Shown here: in pieces, positions 43,138-55,174 of the stretch | Position numbering within the stretch: position 1 is the stretch's first letter | How the letters are laid out: every line of letters begins with the position of its first letter | From: Eledone cirrhosa | Lineage: Eukaryota | Length of the DNA stretch: 64,000 nt | Assembly: GCA_964016885.1 (NCBI GenBank) | Contig: OZ024744.1 | Span: 76,012,001 to 76,076,000 of the forward strand | Direction of reading: 5' to 3' | The notes under the pieces: model-generated | What the model was told of the DNA's origin: nothing | What the model saw: the letters and a program-made list of their open reading frames with translations, nothing else | Databases searched by the model: none | Position numbers and translations under genes: made by a program

Positions 43138-43515
43138 GTTTAGGCACAAGGCCAGCAACTTTTTAATTTTTTTTAATTTTTGGCGGGTCTAAGTCTATTA
43201 AATCGACCCCTAGTCCATTAGTAGTACTTTACATTATCGAACCCTTAAAGATGAAAGGTAAAGTTAACCTTGGCGTGATTTGAACTTAGAACATAAAGGG
43301 CCATATCGCTATGCTGTAAAGCATGGCGTCCAACCCTATATCAATACTGTCAATCCAGCGTCATGTAATGTAATATAATTTAATGATTTCTAATTTAGAC
43401 TCAAGGCCGACAATGTGGAGAGGGGTCGAGTTTATTATAATGACCTTATTTCGATTTGAACTCACAAATACCGCAAAACGTTTTTTCCAGCACTCTAACG
43501 ATTCTGCCAATCCCC
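43138..43515 (-). mobile_element. Two more diverged SINE copies in tandem
   Basis: TAGGCACAAGGCCAGC...GATGAAAGGTAAAGTTAACC..GATTTGAACT (43138-43358) and an internally deleted copy (43385-43515). Confidence 0.7.
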
Positions 43516-43870
43516 GACCATTATCTCTCTCTATATAAAATCCCTTGTTTCTCTGTCTGTCTGTTCCTATGCATTTTCAAATGGCTGGACCAAATCAAAT
43601 CAAATTTTACAAGGTAATAGTATTAGACCCCGGTAGTGTCAACATGTAATTTCAATTTTCATTTGGATGAAAACAATATATTTCAACTAAAATATCCTTT
43701 CTATAATGAACTATAGTAAACCACCACCACTACCACGACGTCACATTTTGTATATGAGTGTGTATGTGTCTGTGAGTGTGTGTGTGTGTGTGTGTTTGCG
43801 AGTTCGTTACGTACGTTAGGCCTCAGAGAATTAAACACACACACATCTACACATACATATATCCTAAGTA

Positions 43871-45079
43871 CAGAGTGCGGACGGTATTTGAGGACACATG
43901 CATTTTTAGTCATTATTTAATTGGACTAATTTTCATTGAACTTCTATTTCAGAAAATAACAATGAAAATAACTATGCTTACCACTGAAATGAAAAGGCAT
44001 GTTGTAATTGTGGCTTTGAAGGCTAAGCATGGTAATTTAGAAATTTCTTGTTTTCTGAAAGTTGCAAAACCTTTTGTCCACAAGAGTGTGAGTTAGAGAA
44101 AGATGGAAGCGTATTACCTGTATCAAAACGTAAAAACCATTCCAAACGCTCTGATTCTATCAGGACACCTGAATTTATTCAGGAAGTTAAGAAAAACATT
44201 GATCCAGGAAAATCAATGAGGTCAATTGCAAAAAAATGTTGGTGTGTCAGAAAAAACAATCAGAAATATTGTGCATGAAGACATCAGATACAAATCTTAC
44301 GTGATGAGGAGAGGTCAATTCATGTCAGAAAAAACGAAAGAAAGCCGTTTAATCAGATCCAAAAGTCTTTTGAACAAACTTAAAAATCCATCAGAAGATG
44401 ATGTGATTTGGTTTTTCTCAGATGAGAAAAACTTTGACTAGGACCAGAAAACTAACAGAAGAAATGACAGGTGGCTATGTGCAGACCCTTCTGAGGTTCC
44501 AAGAATAATGCTCACAAAATTTCCTGCAAGTGTCATGGTTTTGGGTGTTGTTAGCAATGAAGGACATGTGATGCCTCCTTACTTTTTCTACAAGGCCTTA
44601 GGGTGAATGCTGTTGGATTATGGATAAAGTTGTTAAGCCTTGGATCAACAGTGTATGCAATGAAAAGTCTTAGGTCTTTCAACAAGATTCTGCACCCTCA
44701 AATGTCACTAGAATGGGTGGCTGACAATTTGCATGATTACGTCACCCCCAACATTTGGCTTCCTAATTCTCCAGATCTCAATCCACTGGAGCATCGTTGT
44801 AAAAAATGTCAGTGAACACCCTCATAGGACCAAACATTCTTTGAAAGCCGCCATAGTTCGACAATGTCCGATATGAACAAGAACCATTTAATCCGAGCTT
44901 GTAAACGATTTCGACCCAACGTGGAGTCAGTTATTGATGCTTATGGTGGTTTTATTGAATGAAATTATTAAATTGATAATTTAGCTTTATGTTTATGTTA
45001 TTTTTATAAGAATGCAGGTTTTCTTCTGTTATTATATAAGCGTTTTTTTTTTTAACCAAAAAATACCATCCGCACACTG
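43871..45079 (+). mobile_element. Tc1/mariner DNA transposon, ~1.2 kb, DD37D/maT-like
   Basis: TIRs CAGAGTGCGGACGGTATTT / AAATACCATCCGCACACTG match at 17 of 19 positions. TA lies on both flanks (43869-70, 45080-81). A transposase pseudogene is inside. Confidence 0.92.
43962..44962 (+). pseudogene. Frameshifted Tc1/mariner transposase
   Basis: Fragments across frames: HTH region (PGKSMRSIAK..GVSEKTIRNIV), WFFSDEKNFD, VMVLGVVS, FQQDSAP, WLPNSPDLNPL and terminal YGGFIE*. Confidence 0.9.
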
Positions 45080-45459
45080 TACATATCTTCACATGCAGAC
45101 AATTACACACACACATCTACACATACAGATACATATGTGTTGACAGACAGGTGTGCATGAATGTATGTCTGTGTGTGTCTGTCTTGGTATATGTATGTGA
45201 GAGTGTATGTGTGTGGTGTGTAGCAACAATTTATTCAAAAAATTACACAATGAATATTCTTTACCTTAAGGTGCTTCAAGATTAACAGATTTTTATTTCT
45301 AAATTCTATTATCATTACAATTTTGATATTTTAAAGTAATTATGAGAAAAAAAACATATCTTCATATTAATTGTTTACTAATCTAAATAAGAAGAGCAGT
45401 AACCCGGGCAATGCCGGGTAATTCAGGTAGTATAATATAAATAACACAAACATGCATAC

Positions 45460-45496
<37 letters not shown>

Positions 45497-45522
45497 TATT
45501 GATTGTAACCAATTATGATATC

Positions 45523-45615
45523 AGAAATCTAACGAGGTTTTGATTCCAGAGTCGGGCCCGATCGATACAGATCGGACCTTGAGCTGATCAATCGCGAAAC
45601 ACGCGTGCCACCTCC
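45523..45615 (+). ncRNA. Degenerate type I hammerhead ribozyme with a long stem II insert (same family as 63812-63898)
   Basis: CTAACGA-G (mutated CUGANGA), ~60-nt insert, GAAAC ACGC GT, then ACCTC. The insert TTTTGATTCCAGAGTCGGGCC.GATCGATACAGATCG..CTTGAGCTGATCA recurs inverted at 63832-63884. Confidence 0.55.
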
Positions 45616-45659
45616 ATAAATGTAATGAAAATTTGACACCTCGTCCATATTATATATAT

Positions 45660-45836
45660 TTGGCAGTATCGGTAGAGGGTCTGACGCCATGCTTAGCAGC
45701 AAAGAGTTGCGACCCTTTATGATCTGAGTTCAAATCCCGCCGAGGTTAACTTTGCCTTTCATCCTTACGGGGTCGATAAAATAAAGTACCAGTAATACAC
45801 TGGGATAATTGGTGGCCTTGTGCCGTAAGTAGAAAC

Positions 45837-45840
<4 letters not shown>
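45660..45840 (+). mobile_element. tRNA-derived SINE between (TA)n tracts
   Basis: TGGCAGTATCGG, GAGTTCAAATCCC, core and tail are all present. Confidence 0.85.
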
Positions 45841-45896
<56 letters not shown>

Positions 45897-46425
45897 TTAT
45901 CTCTCTCTCTCTATATATAGATATATATAATATATACATATAATGTATATGCACATATTTGTGCGTCTACGTGTGTGTGTGTCTATGCGCGCGCGTTATT
46001 GTGTGTGTGTGTTTGTCTTTAAGTACGCAGTGGTATATTGATTTGTATTTCAATTAATTATAACTTTATTCGTCTACATATTTCTATATTTGTAGCGAGG
46101 CCTAGTCATAAGGTTTTAGCATTCGATTTATACTGTTTTTACTATGTTTATTTAATGCATTCCTTGTATTTAAAGTCTAACATTTGTAAATTTCTACTAC
46201 CCACCCATTCGTACATTCCAAAAACACCATGCTAAAAATTCCCTGGAATCATTTCCAGCCTCATATACAAACACAAACACGTGGAAGTAGAATTTAGCTC
46301 ACATAAACATACACCCTCTTCATACGTACCCCTTCAACCTTAGCAATCCAGTTGCCCCTTTCAACTTTAAATGACCTTTAGCTTTCAAATATGATTATAA
46401 GGCACATACCAGAATTCCAGCATAA

Positions 46426-46675
46426 TGGTTTCTAATTTAGGCACAAGGCCAACAATTTATGGGGAGAGAGGGGGTATTAGTCAATTACATCCAATCCACC
46501 CTATCTCCTCTCTAGTATGTGACTGATACTTTATTTTAATGAGCCCCGAATGGATGAAAGGAAAAGTTTATACAGGCGGGATTTGAACTTAGAAGTTAGA
46601 AATTCGTAACTAAATACTCGTACAGCAAAAACAAATTGTCCGACGCTCCACTGATTCTGCCAATCTACCACCGCT
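46426..46675 (-). mobile_element. tRNA-derived SINE
   Basis: GTTTCTAATTTAGGCACAAGGCC, GGATGAAAGG, GGGATTTGAACT and GATTCTGCCA in reverse-complement order. Confidence 0.75.
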
Positions 46676-46798
46676 TTCAAAATTCCAATATAATTGCACA
46701 CACACATACGCATACACACTCACACGCATATATATGCCCACATATACACACATCCGCACGCACATTATTAATTTGCTATCTATTGTCGAATGTATGTA

Positions 46799-46901
46799 TA
46801 GGGTGTTCCCCCCAAAATGTATGTACACTTCAACGGCATTCTAATAAATATTGCCTGTATAGGTAATCAAAGTGTGTATACATTTTTGGGAGGACACCCT
46901 G
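46799..46901. mobile_element. 103-bp mariner-type MITE
   Basis: Imperfect TIRs of ~32 bp (TAGGGTGTTCCCCCCAAAATGTATGTACACTT / AAGTGTGTATACATTTTTGGGAGGACACCCTG) with TA flanks. Confidence 0.75.
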
Positions 46902-47046
46902 TATATTTATAAGTTGATGTGATGATTGGGATAAAATTACTATCTGCTGCGTATGTTACTTTATTCCTTTCTACAAAGTCATTTTAACACACATAAACAC
47001 CTGAATTTGATAACACAATCTAACGTAAAACCAAATTAACTAGACC

Positions 47047-47450
47047 CTTCTTCTTCTCCCACTTATTCCTGAAATGGTCATGGGGTGCAGAGTCCTCAAA
47101 CACTCCTTCCAACAGGTCCTGTCAGAAGCAACCGTCTCCAACTGATCCGGCTGGATCCCCAAGCGTGACCAGCCAAGCTCATGGATGCTATCTAACCATC
47201 TTGCTCGGGGTCTACCTCTGGGTCTCTTAACGATAGGTTATGCCCGTAAAACATGTCCGGTGATCCTTTCCTATGCCCATAGTATCGGAGCTGTGTTCTC
47301 TAAACCCGTCCGACATAAATATATCACATGCACCTCCTCCATACATGCTATATTATTTTTCGAGTATAAATATGTAGAAGTTCTCCATCGATCCCATACT
47401 TGCAGGAGCTGGTGCAGTAAGGTGACAGCTGCAGCACTCGGTCATCAAAA
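47047..47450 (-). mobile_element. RTE-clade LINE 3' end fragment
   Basis: Minus strand reads KRPRGRPRARWLDSIHELGWSRLGI...VASDRTCWKECL followed by a (GAA)n tail, with an upstream piece YGIDGELL. Confidence 0.75.
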
Positions 47451-47554
47451 GGGTATGTATGTATGTTACCATAACTCCTGATAGAGTCGTAAGGATGCCG
47501 TATTGAATGCAAGAACGGCGCTATCATTCTGTACACATTTCTCTGTTTATCTGC

Positions 47555-48342
47555 ATGTATGTATGTATGTATGTGTATGTATGTATGTCTGTCTGTATGT
47601 ATGTATGTATGTATGTATGTGTATGTATGCATGTCTGTCTGTATGTATGTATGTATGTATGTATGTATGTATGTATGTATGTATATGTATGTATGCATGT
47701 CTGTATGTATGTATGTGTATGTATGTGTATGTATGTATGCATGTTTGTCTGTCTGTATGTATGTATGTGTATGTATGTATGCATGTCTGTATGTATGTAT
47801 GTATGTATGTATGTATGTATGTGTATGTATGTGTATGTATGTATGTATGTATGTATGTATGTATGTATGTGTATGTATGTATGTATGTATGTGTATGTAT
47901 GTATGTATGTATGTATGTATGTATGTGTGTGTATGTATGTATGCATGTCTGTCTGTATGTATGTATGTATGTATGTATGTATGTATGTATGTATGTGTAT
48001 GTATGTATGCATGTCTGTATGTATGTATGTATGTATGTATGTATGTATGTATGTATGTATATGTATGTATGCATGTCTGTATGTATGTATGTGTATGTAT
48101 GTATGCATGTTTGTCTGTCTGTATGTATGTGTATGTATGTATGCATGTCTGTCTGTATGTATGTATGTATGTATGTATGTATGTGTATGTATGTATGTAT
48201 GTATGTATGTATGTATGTGTATGTATGTATGTATGTATGTCTATGTATGTATGTATGTATGTATGTATGTGTATGTATGTATGCATGTCTGTCTGTATGT
48301 ATGTATGCCCGCCTGTCTGTATGTATATAGTATGTCTGTATG

Positions 48343-48378
<36 letters not shown>

Positions 48379-48565
48379 TGTATGTATGTATGTATGTATG
48401 TATGTCCGTCTGTCTGTCTGTATGTCTGTATGTATGTATATCCGTCTGTCTGTATGTATGTATGTCTGTCCGTATGCATGTATGTCTATGTATGTATGTA
48501 TGTATGTATGTATGTATGTATGTATGTATGTATGTATGTATGTTGTATGTATGTGTATATATATG
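47555..48565. repeat. ~1-kb (TATG)n microsatellite with recurring GCATGTCTG and TGTG interruptions
   Basis: Directly visible. It is the source of the MYVC/HTYI pseudo-ORFs. Confidence 0.98.
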
Positions 48566-48566
48566 T

Positions 48567-49172
48567 CAGGTCACCAGTTGGTGCTACTGTTAACATGTAA
48601 CCCAGTACAACCTGTCTCATGGTCGGGTCATTGGCGACTAAACTGGCAACCCCACCAAGGTTTCTTGGTGAGGAGGGTGACTTTGGACATCCTGCAGGAC
48701 TAAAAACAAAACCTGTCAAAGAACAAAGGAACTCTTAAGAGTTAATGGCCATCCAAAATCACCGGGAGAGATGACCCCTTAGCCTTTGTCAAGGCAGAAT
48801 TCTAGGAGAAGGAAAACTCTGATATAACACCTGCAGCCCTGATGGTATCCAATGATGTTGACTTGTTCTTCTTTTTGGTAAATATCATCTTGGTTAAGAG
48901 AGTGAGACTGGCTTTGTGCATTGCCTTTGCTCACTATAAAAGCTTCACGGCACAGGCATTGCTTTATATCTGGAGATCTCTCTCCACTTGTCGTCACATG
49001 GTACCATGGACCCAGCACTGTGTCAATAATTGTCACAAGTGTAGTGTTTGTACCAGAGTTTTCAAGTCGCTGGCTGGACTAAAAAGTCACACTTGTTCAG
49101 CGCATCGGTAGGGATTCTCCTACATGCATATAAAGTAGTGGCCGTACTCGAAAACGAGTTGGCAGCCACCAT
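48567..49172 (+). mobile_element. Internally deleted RTE-derived element
   Basis: The 5' part has GAAGGAAAACTCTGA, typical of RTE 5' regions. The 3' part encodes a terminal C2H2-like finger CSVCTRVFKSLAGLKSHTCSAHR*, then a short hairpin CTCGAAAACGAG and an (ATGT)n tail. Confidence 0.55.
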
Positions 49173-49234
49173 GTATGTACATGTATGTATTTTCTTCTGG
49201 TATTATAATTTCACAAATGTTTACCAATAGAGCG

Positions 49235-51324
49235 AGAGTCGGTTTCTAACATAGACACAAGACTCTCTCATTGGAATTTACACAACATAAACTTGGTAGA
49301 TATGTATGTATGCATGCATGTATAGATATGGATGGTATTGTATGTGTGGATGTGGATGTTTTGAGTTGTATGTGTGCATGTGTATATGCTTTGTATCTGT
49401 ACATGTGTATATGCAGTTATTAGATGCAACATTTTTGGAATGTTTTACATCTTTTTACTGTTCCATTAATGGATTGTACTTGTAATTTCCTAACTAGTTG
49501 TGTTCTTTCTGTTCCTGTGAAGCCTAGCTTCTCAAGATTTGTATTGAGGCAGTTACTAACATACCCCAGTGCCCCAATAATCACAGGCATAAATCTGAAG
49601 GTGTAATCAGGGTGGAGTATCTGCAGATTTCTCATCAGTTCTGCATAAATATTATCCTTTTCTCTAATCTTTGATATTATTTTGGCATCTGCAGGGCAGC
49701 TAATTTCCACTACTGTGCATACTTTCTTCTCCCTGTCCCATATCATTATATCTGGTCTGTTATCTCTGCATTTTATTGGGGTTTTTACTGGAAAATTCCA
49801 CCAGTACTCTTTCATATTATGTACATGGATGTCTTCCACATTGCTGTAGCATTTAATGTGTTTATTATCGGGGCTATCTTTTTTACGGATTGCATTGTAC
49901 AGTGTTTTGGCCACTACATCATGCCTCATAGGTAGATAGTATCGCGATGACATCTTTGGACAGCTGCTGATGACATGGGCGATATCCTCGATGTTAGTTC
50001 TGCAGAGTCTGCAGTTGTTATCATATCTAGATGTTTTGCCTGCATGCTATCTCTTTGGTGAATCAGGTATTTCTTGTTAATTTCCTGTTCTTGGATTGCA
50101 AAAGCGTATCCTTCAAAGTGGGAGCCAATATAGCGGTTGTTGGTCCAAGATAGACTACTTTCCTTATCTATATTACTCTCACTCTGGAGCTTCCTGGCAA
50201 CATATCCAGGCATGATTTTTGCTGATAAGCATGCAGTTTTTTATCCATGGATTCACTGCGATACTGCTAAGTGACTTCCCTGGGTGTGAGTTTTTGATTA
50301 TCACATGGAATATCTTTTGAGGAGTTCCTTCCCAACTCTCATGATCTTATCTGTTTCATGCAGATAGATTTGTTCGAGAGATGGGCTCCTACGCTTCGAG
50401 GTTCGTAGATATTTTCGGAGGGATATGATGCTACATTCAAATGCTGTCTGGACTGATGTTATGCCTCTGCTTCCCTGCTTACGTTTCAAGTACAAGCGGT
50501 CTATGTCACTGATCATTCACAAAGAAATTATGGGTTAGGTTCCTATTTCTGTCCTCCTGTGAGCCAATGATGTATCCTTCACATTTCTTGATCAGAAAGG
50601 ACAAGGGGTTTAATAACAAGATGAATAATATCACAGAGAGACTGTCCGCCTGATATATCCCCCTGCGATATTTTATTTTATCAGTGAAAATAGAGTCCTC
50701 CCTCTCTGTCTTCAACATTAGGATAGTAGCCCAAGACAGCTTCTCTATGGCTCTGACAATAATGTCTTGGGCTTTAGCAAGTTGGAGGTCCTCTATCATC
50801 CAAGAGTGGGGAACAGAATCGAAAGCTTTCCTGTAGTACAGCCAGACTGTAGCCATCCCCAAACCCCTTTCTTTACAGCTGCTTGTTCATCTGTGATGAT
50901 GTTATTATTTTCACAGTGTTCTTGGAGGAATAGGTTCAGGCAGTCTGTATACATCTTATACATCAGGTTCTGGTATGCAATGGGTCGGTAGTGTTTTTCC
51001 AAGCGGGTGTCTTTGTTCTTGGGGACCAGTAATGTTGGTAGAGGTCAGTAAGATACCTCCGATAGAATATCAGTTTTTTGTACCACTAGCCGCAATCATG
51101 TCTCTTCCTGGTGTATTCTCATCTTGGAGTTTTCCTATCACAGTCTCAAGAGTACCCTCACTTATTTCGTATGTTTTTTTGTAGTGTAGGAGCAATAGTT
51201 CTTTCGGATTTCGTTTAGCCATACTGCATCTTGATTGAAATTCTTCTTTTCACCCCATATTTTGCTCCAAAAGGAATCTATATCTTTCTGGGATGGGGCC
51301 TCAGTGACACTTATTATTTTGTTC

Positions 51325-51330
<6 letters not shown>
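49235..51330 (-). mobile_element. R4/Dong-type RLE non-LTR retrotransposon, pseudogenised
   Basis: RT motifs YRPIA.QNLMYK, EQAA.KKGVWG, YRKAFDSVPH, RRGIYQADSLS, LTHNFFVND and DIDRLYL.RK.G. RLE domain RHD..RPDIMIWD..EISCP..KDNIY..PVIIGALG (49420-49953). Multiple frameshifts and an internal deletion near 50510. Confidence 0.9.
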
Positions 51331-51362
<32 letters not shown>

Positions 51363-51804
51363 ACGAAATATATATATATATTGCTGCCCTAAGGATAGAC
51401 ACTGGTCTGTTGGAGACGCAGGATATGGCACCGATAATGAGGGACAGAGACCGCTGCAAAGAACTCATCCATGGATATCAATTCCACTTGGGTCCAGGCC
51501 TGTTTATATCATTTATTTTGTTTGACCTGTTTAGCTTGACTTGTTTTTTTGGCTTAGGTGGTTAATGCCTTCTTGACCACTTTTCAGTTTGTATGGCGTT
51601 TTAACATATTGTTTAGTTCTAGTTTTTTTAACTATTGGAGCGCTTGCCAGCATTTCTACGATTTTGCGTTTCGTTTCGCTTTTTCTACCAGCCGAAATAC
51701 GATTCTCGCTGAATATATATTTATATATATATATACAATATATTAATAAATGGAAACTATATTTATAAAACCATAATTATTTTATTATATATATTTCAAG
51801 GGCA

Positions 51805-51886
<82 letters not shown>

Positions 51887-51925
51887 GATATTAACAAATG
51901 GAAACTATATTTATAAAACCATATT

Positions 51926-51990
51926 TATTTTATTATACATATTTCAAGGATACCATGTTAAATTATGGTATGCTTTCATCAGACAAAATA
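51926..51990 (-). ncRNA. Type I hammerhead ribozyme, Penelope-like element terminus
   Basis: TATTTTGT-CTGATGA-AAGCATACCAT aatttaac ATGGTATCCTT-GAAA-TATGTAT-A-ATAAAATA: intact core, 8-bp stem I, stem II, AUA cleavage triplet. Confidence 0.85.
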
Positions 51991-53014
51991 CAATATGTAC
52001 CAGTTTTATAAATAAACATTGACGTACCCTTTCAAAATGCAACCGTTACTTTTGGAAGACATCAAGGATAGTGTTTATTTTAGTAAGTCGTTGTGTTAAG
52101 GAGAAGAAAAAGACGAAGAGAGAGAAAAAACCGAGAGAGAGAAAAGTGGAGAAAGAAAGAAGAAAGAAAAAAGAAAAAAAAAGAAAACAGAGAAAAACAA
52201 TAGAGAGATACCAAACCACCAGACAGAGAGAAAAAATCAAGAGAGAGAAATATTGAGATAGAGAGAGGGGGAGAGAACGAAAACCTTAAGTCATGTCATA
52301 TTAAGTTAAGTTAACAATTGAGATGAAATGAATAAATAAAATTAGAAATATTAATATTCATGAATGGAATGTACATATATAATATGAGAAATTAATCATT
52401 GTTTAACTATGATTAGATATTTAGTTTAAAAATTGAGATCAATATATTAAAAATTGGAATTTAAACATTACGAAATATATATATTGCTAGAGAAATTACC
52501 TATCATATAGCACGTACATATACGCAAAAATACGCATAAATATATATATTCACACACACTCAGAAAATACACACTATATCCACTCCCGCATATAATATAT
52601 ACATACAAAGCATAAATGATTTTTTTAAATTAATGTTATACATCCCTTGTGTTATTAAATAAAAAAATTTTAGTATATATATATAAATATATGGGATTAA
52701 CTTTCATGCATTTATGGCTGTTAAATTATGCCTATCTGCAATCAAATTGTATGGGTACACATGTACATGTACACACACAATTCTTACATATACATATATA
52801 AACAAGTGTGTGCATCCTCACCCAATTGGTAGACTTGCGTCACTCATGCATATATACAGACAGACATATATTCATAAAAATGCATATAACACATGTGTAT
52901 GTATGTTAATACACACACATACATACATAGTCGTATAGAGATAAGTATACATCAATATATTACATAGTATAATTGAGTACATAAAATACAAAAGGATTAT
53001 ATTTTGGAAATATA

Positions 53015-53395
53015 ATTATATCAATATAACTTAAAAACAAAAGAATTCTACAAATATCAAAATATTAAAATATTTTAAAATATTATAGAATATTTTAAGT
53101 TAAAATAATATGTTTAATAGATTTAGTATAGAAATTTATCTTACGTATATTTTATTCAAGATATTGAAAGGACAAACTTTTGAACATTATGAGAAGCTAT
53201 AAGAATAAAAGCAAACCTAATAAAAAATAAATAAAATATTATATCAATATAACTTAAAAACAAAAGAATTCTACAAATATCAAAATATTAAAATATTTAA
53301 AAATATTATAGAATATTTTAAGTTAAAATAATATGTTTAATAGATTTATTTTAGAAATTTATCTTACGTATATTTTACTCAAGATATTGAAAGGA
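53015..53395. repeat. Direct duplication of ~158 bp (period 223) in the Penelope-like 3' region
   Basis: ATTATATCAATATAACTTAAAAACAAAAGAATTC...AAGATATTGAAAGGA starts at 53015 and again at 53238. Confidence 0.9.
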
Positions 53396-53552
53396 TAACC
53401 TTTTCTAGAACAGTTTATTATATTTATATTTATATTTAGGAAGAAAATTTATTTATACTTGAGTACTTAACCAAAGAAAATGAAAAAGGTGAAAGAATCT
53501 AATGATTTATCGACAGGTTTCATATATTAACCAAATTACTTAATTAATTATA

Positions 53553-54155
53553 CTACATTTTAAATTTATATTTATATTTAAACGTTGAGTTCAATCTATG
53601 TCTGCAGCAACTGAATAAATTATTCCTTAAATTAAGGGAATGTTTGGTCTTTAATATAAAGAATATTTCCTCTATACAAAGATCACAATTTTCTGAAGAG
53701 GAATTAAAAGGAGTAGCTTTTGAAATAATATTCCAAATCAGCGAATATTCAACATTATCTCGTTTTAGGTCCCATAATAGGCTAGATAGCGACGTTGAAG
53801 ATTTTTTGTTTGGATCTGTAAAATAATTTTTATGATTATTGAAGCGGGATTTAAACTCTGTGGAGGTAGAACCGACATAATTAAATGAATTTAAATTAGT
53901 TTTTACATTACAATTATAAACTACATTTTTAACTAAGCAATTGTTATTTAACGGACAGTTGGATTTATTTCTACAGTTACAATTATTCGATTGAATATTG
54001 CTTGGGTTATTATTGGTATTTTGGTTAGGTTTTAAATTTCTATTATTAATTCTATTAATATTTTGCGCTAAATTTTTGGTGGAAGAGTAAGTTAATTTTA
54101 TAGTATGTCTATTAAAAATTGAGTAATATCTATGTGTTCTAGGGAAGCGTTTGTC
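53553..54155 (-). pseudogene. Stop-free 200-codon C-terminal fragment of a Penelope-like polyprotein (RT thumb end, Cys linker, GIY-YIG endonuclease), no start codon
   Basis: DKRFPRTHRYYSIFNRHTIKLTYSS...CNCRNKSNCPLNNNCLVKNVVYNCNV...FNYVGSTSTEFKSRFNNHK...STSLSSLLWDLK...WNIISKATPF....CDLCIEE...SLNLRNNLFSCCRHR...KM*. Confidence 0.92.
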
Positions 54156-54438
54156 ATATATATATGTATATATGGAAAAGAATGAAACGAAATTTCATTT
54201 CTCACTCTTAGTACGGCTTGTACTTAAATGTAAGTATGTATGTATACGTACATACATATATGTATACAGACGTACAGTAGTATGTATATATATATATATA
54301 CATGCACACATATATATATGTACGTATGGGCTTACCGAACATTTATTATAATGCTCGGTTTGTTTGTAAACAGCTCGAATTATGCCGTACAGTTTTCAGG
54401 CAATCATCGTCACCTTTTTGTTCAACACTGATACAGGA

Positions 54439-54481
54439 ACGATGTACTAGTTTCAAGCTTATTAGCTATCGTCAGCAGCGT
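54439..54481 (-). ncRNA. Minimal type I hammerhead ribozyme (family shared with 61782-61824)
   Basis: ACGCTG-CTGACGA-TAGCT aata AGCTT-GAAA-CTAGT-A-CATCGT: palindromic stem III ACUAGU, GUA triplet, U.U at the base of stem II. It lies in a ~380-bp element (54167-54545) bounded by (TA)n. Confidence 0.75.
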
Positions 54482-54543
54482 ATACCTTTCTGTCAGATGG
54501 TTGAACGTCTAAAAGTATATACTTTCCTTATGCATATTAACGA

Positions 54544-54605
<62 letters not shown>

Positions 54606-54608
<3 letters not shown>

Positions 54609-55174
54609 TCAGAAATATTTCCTTCTTCGAGCTAATTCCATTGTAAAAGAATTCATTACACTTAATAATATAACTGCTCCTAGGCTGAGCTGAACGTTGC
54701 CTCATATATACGACTGTTATTTCTAGCAGTACGGTTATGAGACTAGCTAGAAACTGTAAACCATGTGCGTTACACAGTCTTTTAAATTATTTAGAAGTGA
54801 AGCATATCAATTTGTCCCTGGATGTTTACTGAGGAGAGCAGGACATGATATTCCTACACTTATTCATCTCGAAACATATTTGGATTTTAAAGTTTAAACT
54901 TATCTACAGAACAGGTTTGATTTTGAAATTTAAATGTGTCTAAACATCATAGCCATTTGGCAATGCAGTTCGTCTTTGTTGATTTATTATTTTAAATCGA
55001 TATGGACAAACTGTAGTATAATAATTAGTATACTTCATTCTGGCTAAATTTTCTTTTGCAATATAAATACAGATGTGTTGGTATCTGTGTTTCATCATAT
55101 ATATTAGTTTATACACGGCTCAGAAATATTTCCTTCTTCGAGCTAATTCCATTGTAAAAGAATTCATTACACTT

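Larger units (their letters stand above)
43524..45430 (+). mobile_element. Non-autonomous Helitron-type element interrupted by a Tc1/mariner transposon
   Basis: Starts A|TCTCTCTCTATATAAAA with (TCTG)n. Ends with hairpin ACCCGGGCAATGCCGGGT (45402-45419) followed by GTAG|T, one mismatch from CTAG. Confidence 0.65.
51886..54155 (-). mobile_element. 5'-truncated Penelope-like retroelement: GIY-YIG ORF end, ~1.7-kb 3' region and hammerhead
   Basis: GIY-YIG frame at 53553-54155. Downstream sequence is colinear with the inverted copy at 56023-57821. A sense-strand hammerhead lies near the 3' terminus. Both flanks are (TA)n. Confidence 0.9.

Noticed and set aside
47348-48719. Long ORFs of 194-398 aa (MYVC/HTYI repeats)
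   Set aside because: They are translations of a (TATG)n microsatellite, open on both strands.
49966-49990. CTGATGA as a hammerhead core
   Set aside because: It lies antisense within the R4 coding region with no stem II/GAAA arrangement.
52046-52256. Lys/Arg/Glu-rich and Phe-rich ORFs
   Set aside because: Low-complexity GA tract in the Penelope-like 3' region, mirrored by the CT tract at 57390-57550.
53644-53826. Plus-strand 60-aa ORF in the supplied track
   Set aside because: It is an antisense shadow of the minus-strand GIY-YIG frame.
53300-54155. Selenoprotein coding or SECIS, as reported for some Naiad elements
   Set aside because: There is no in-frame TGA in the 200 codons (all Cys are TGT/TGC) and no convincing SECIS hairpin was seen downstream.
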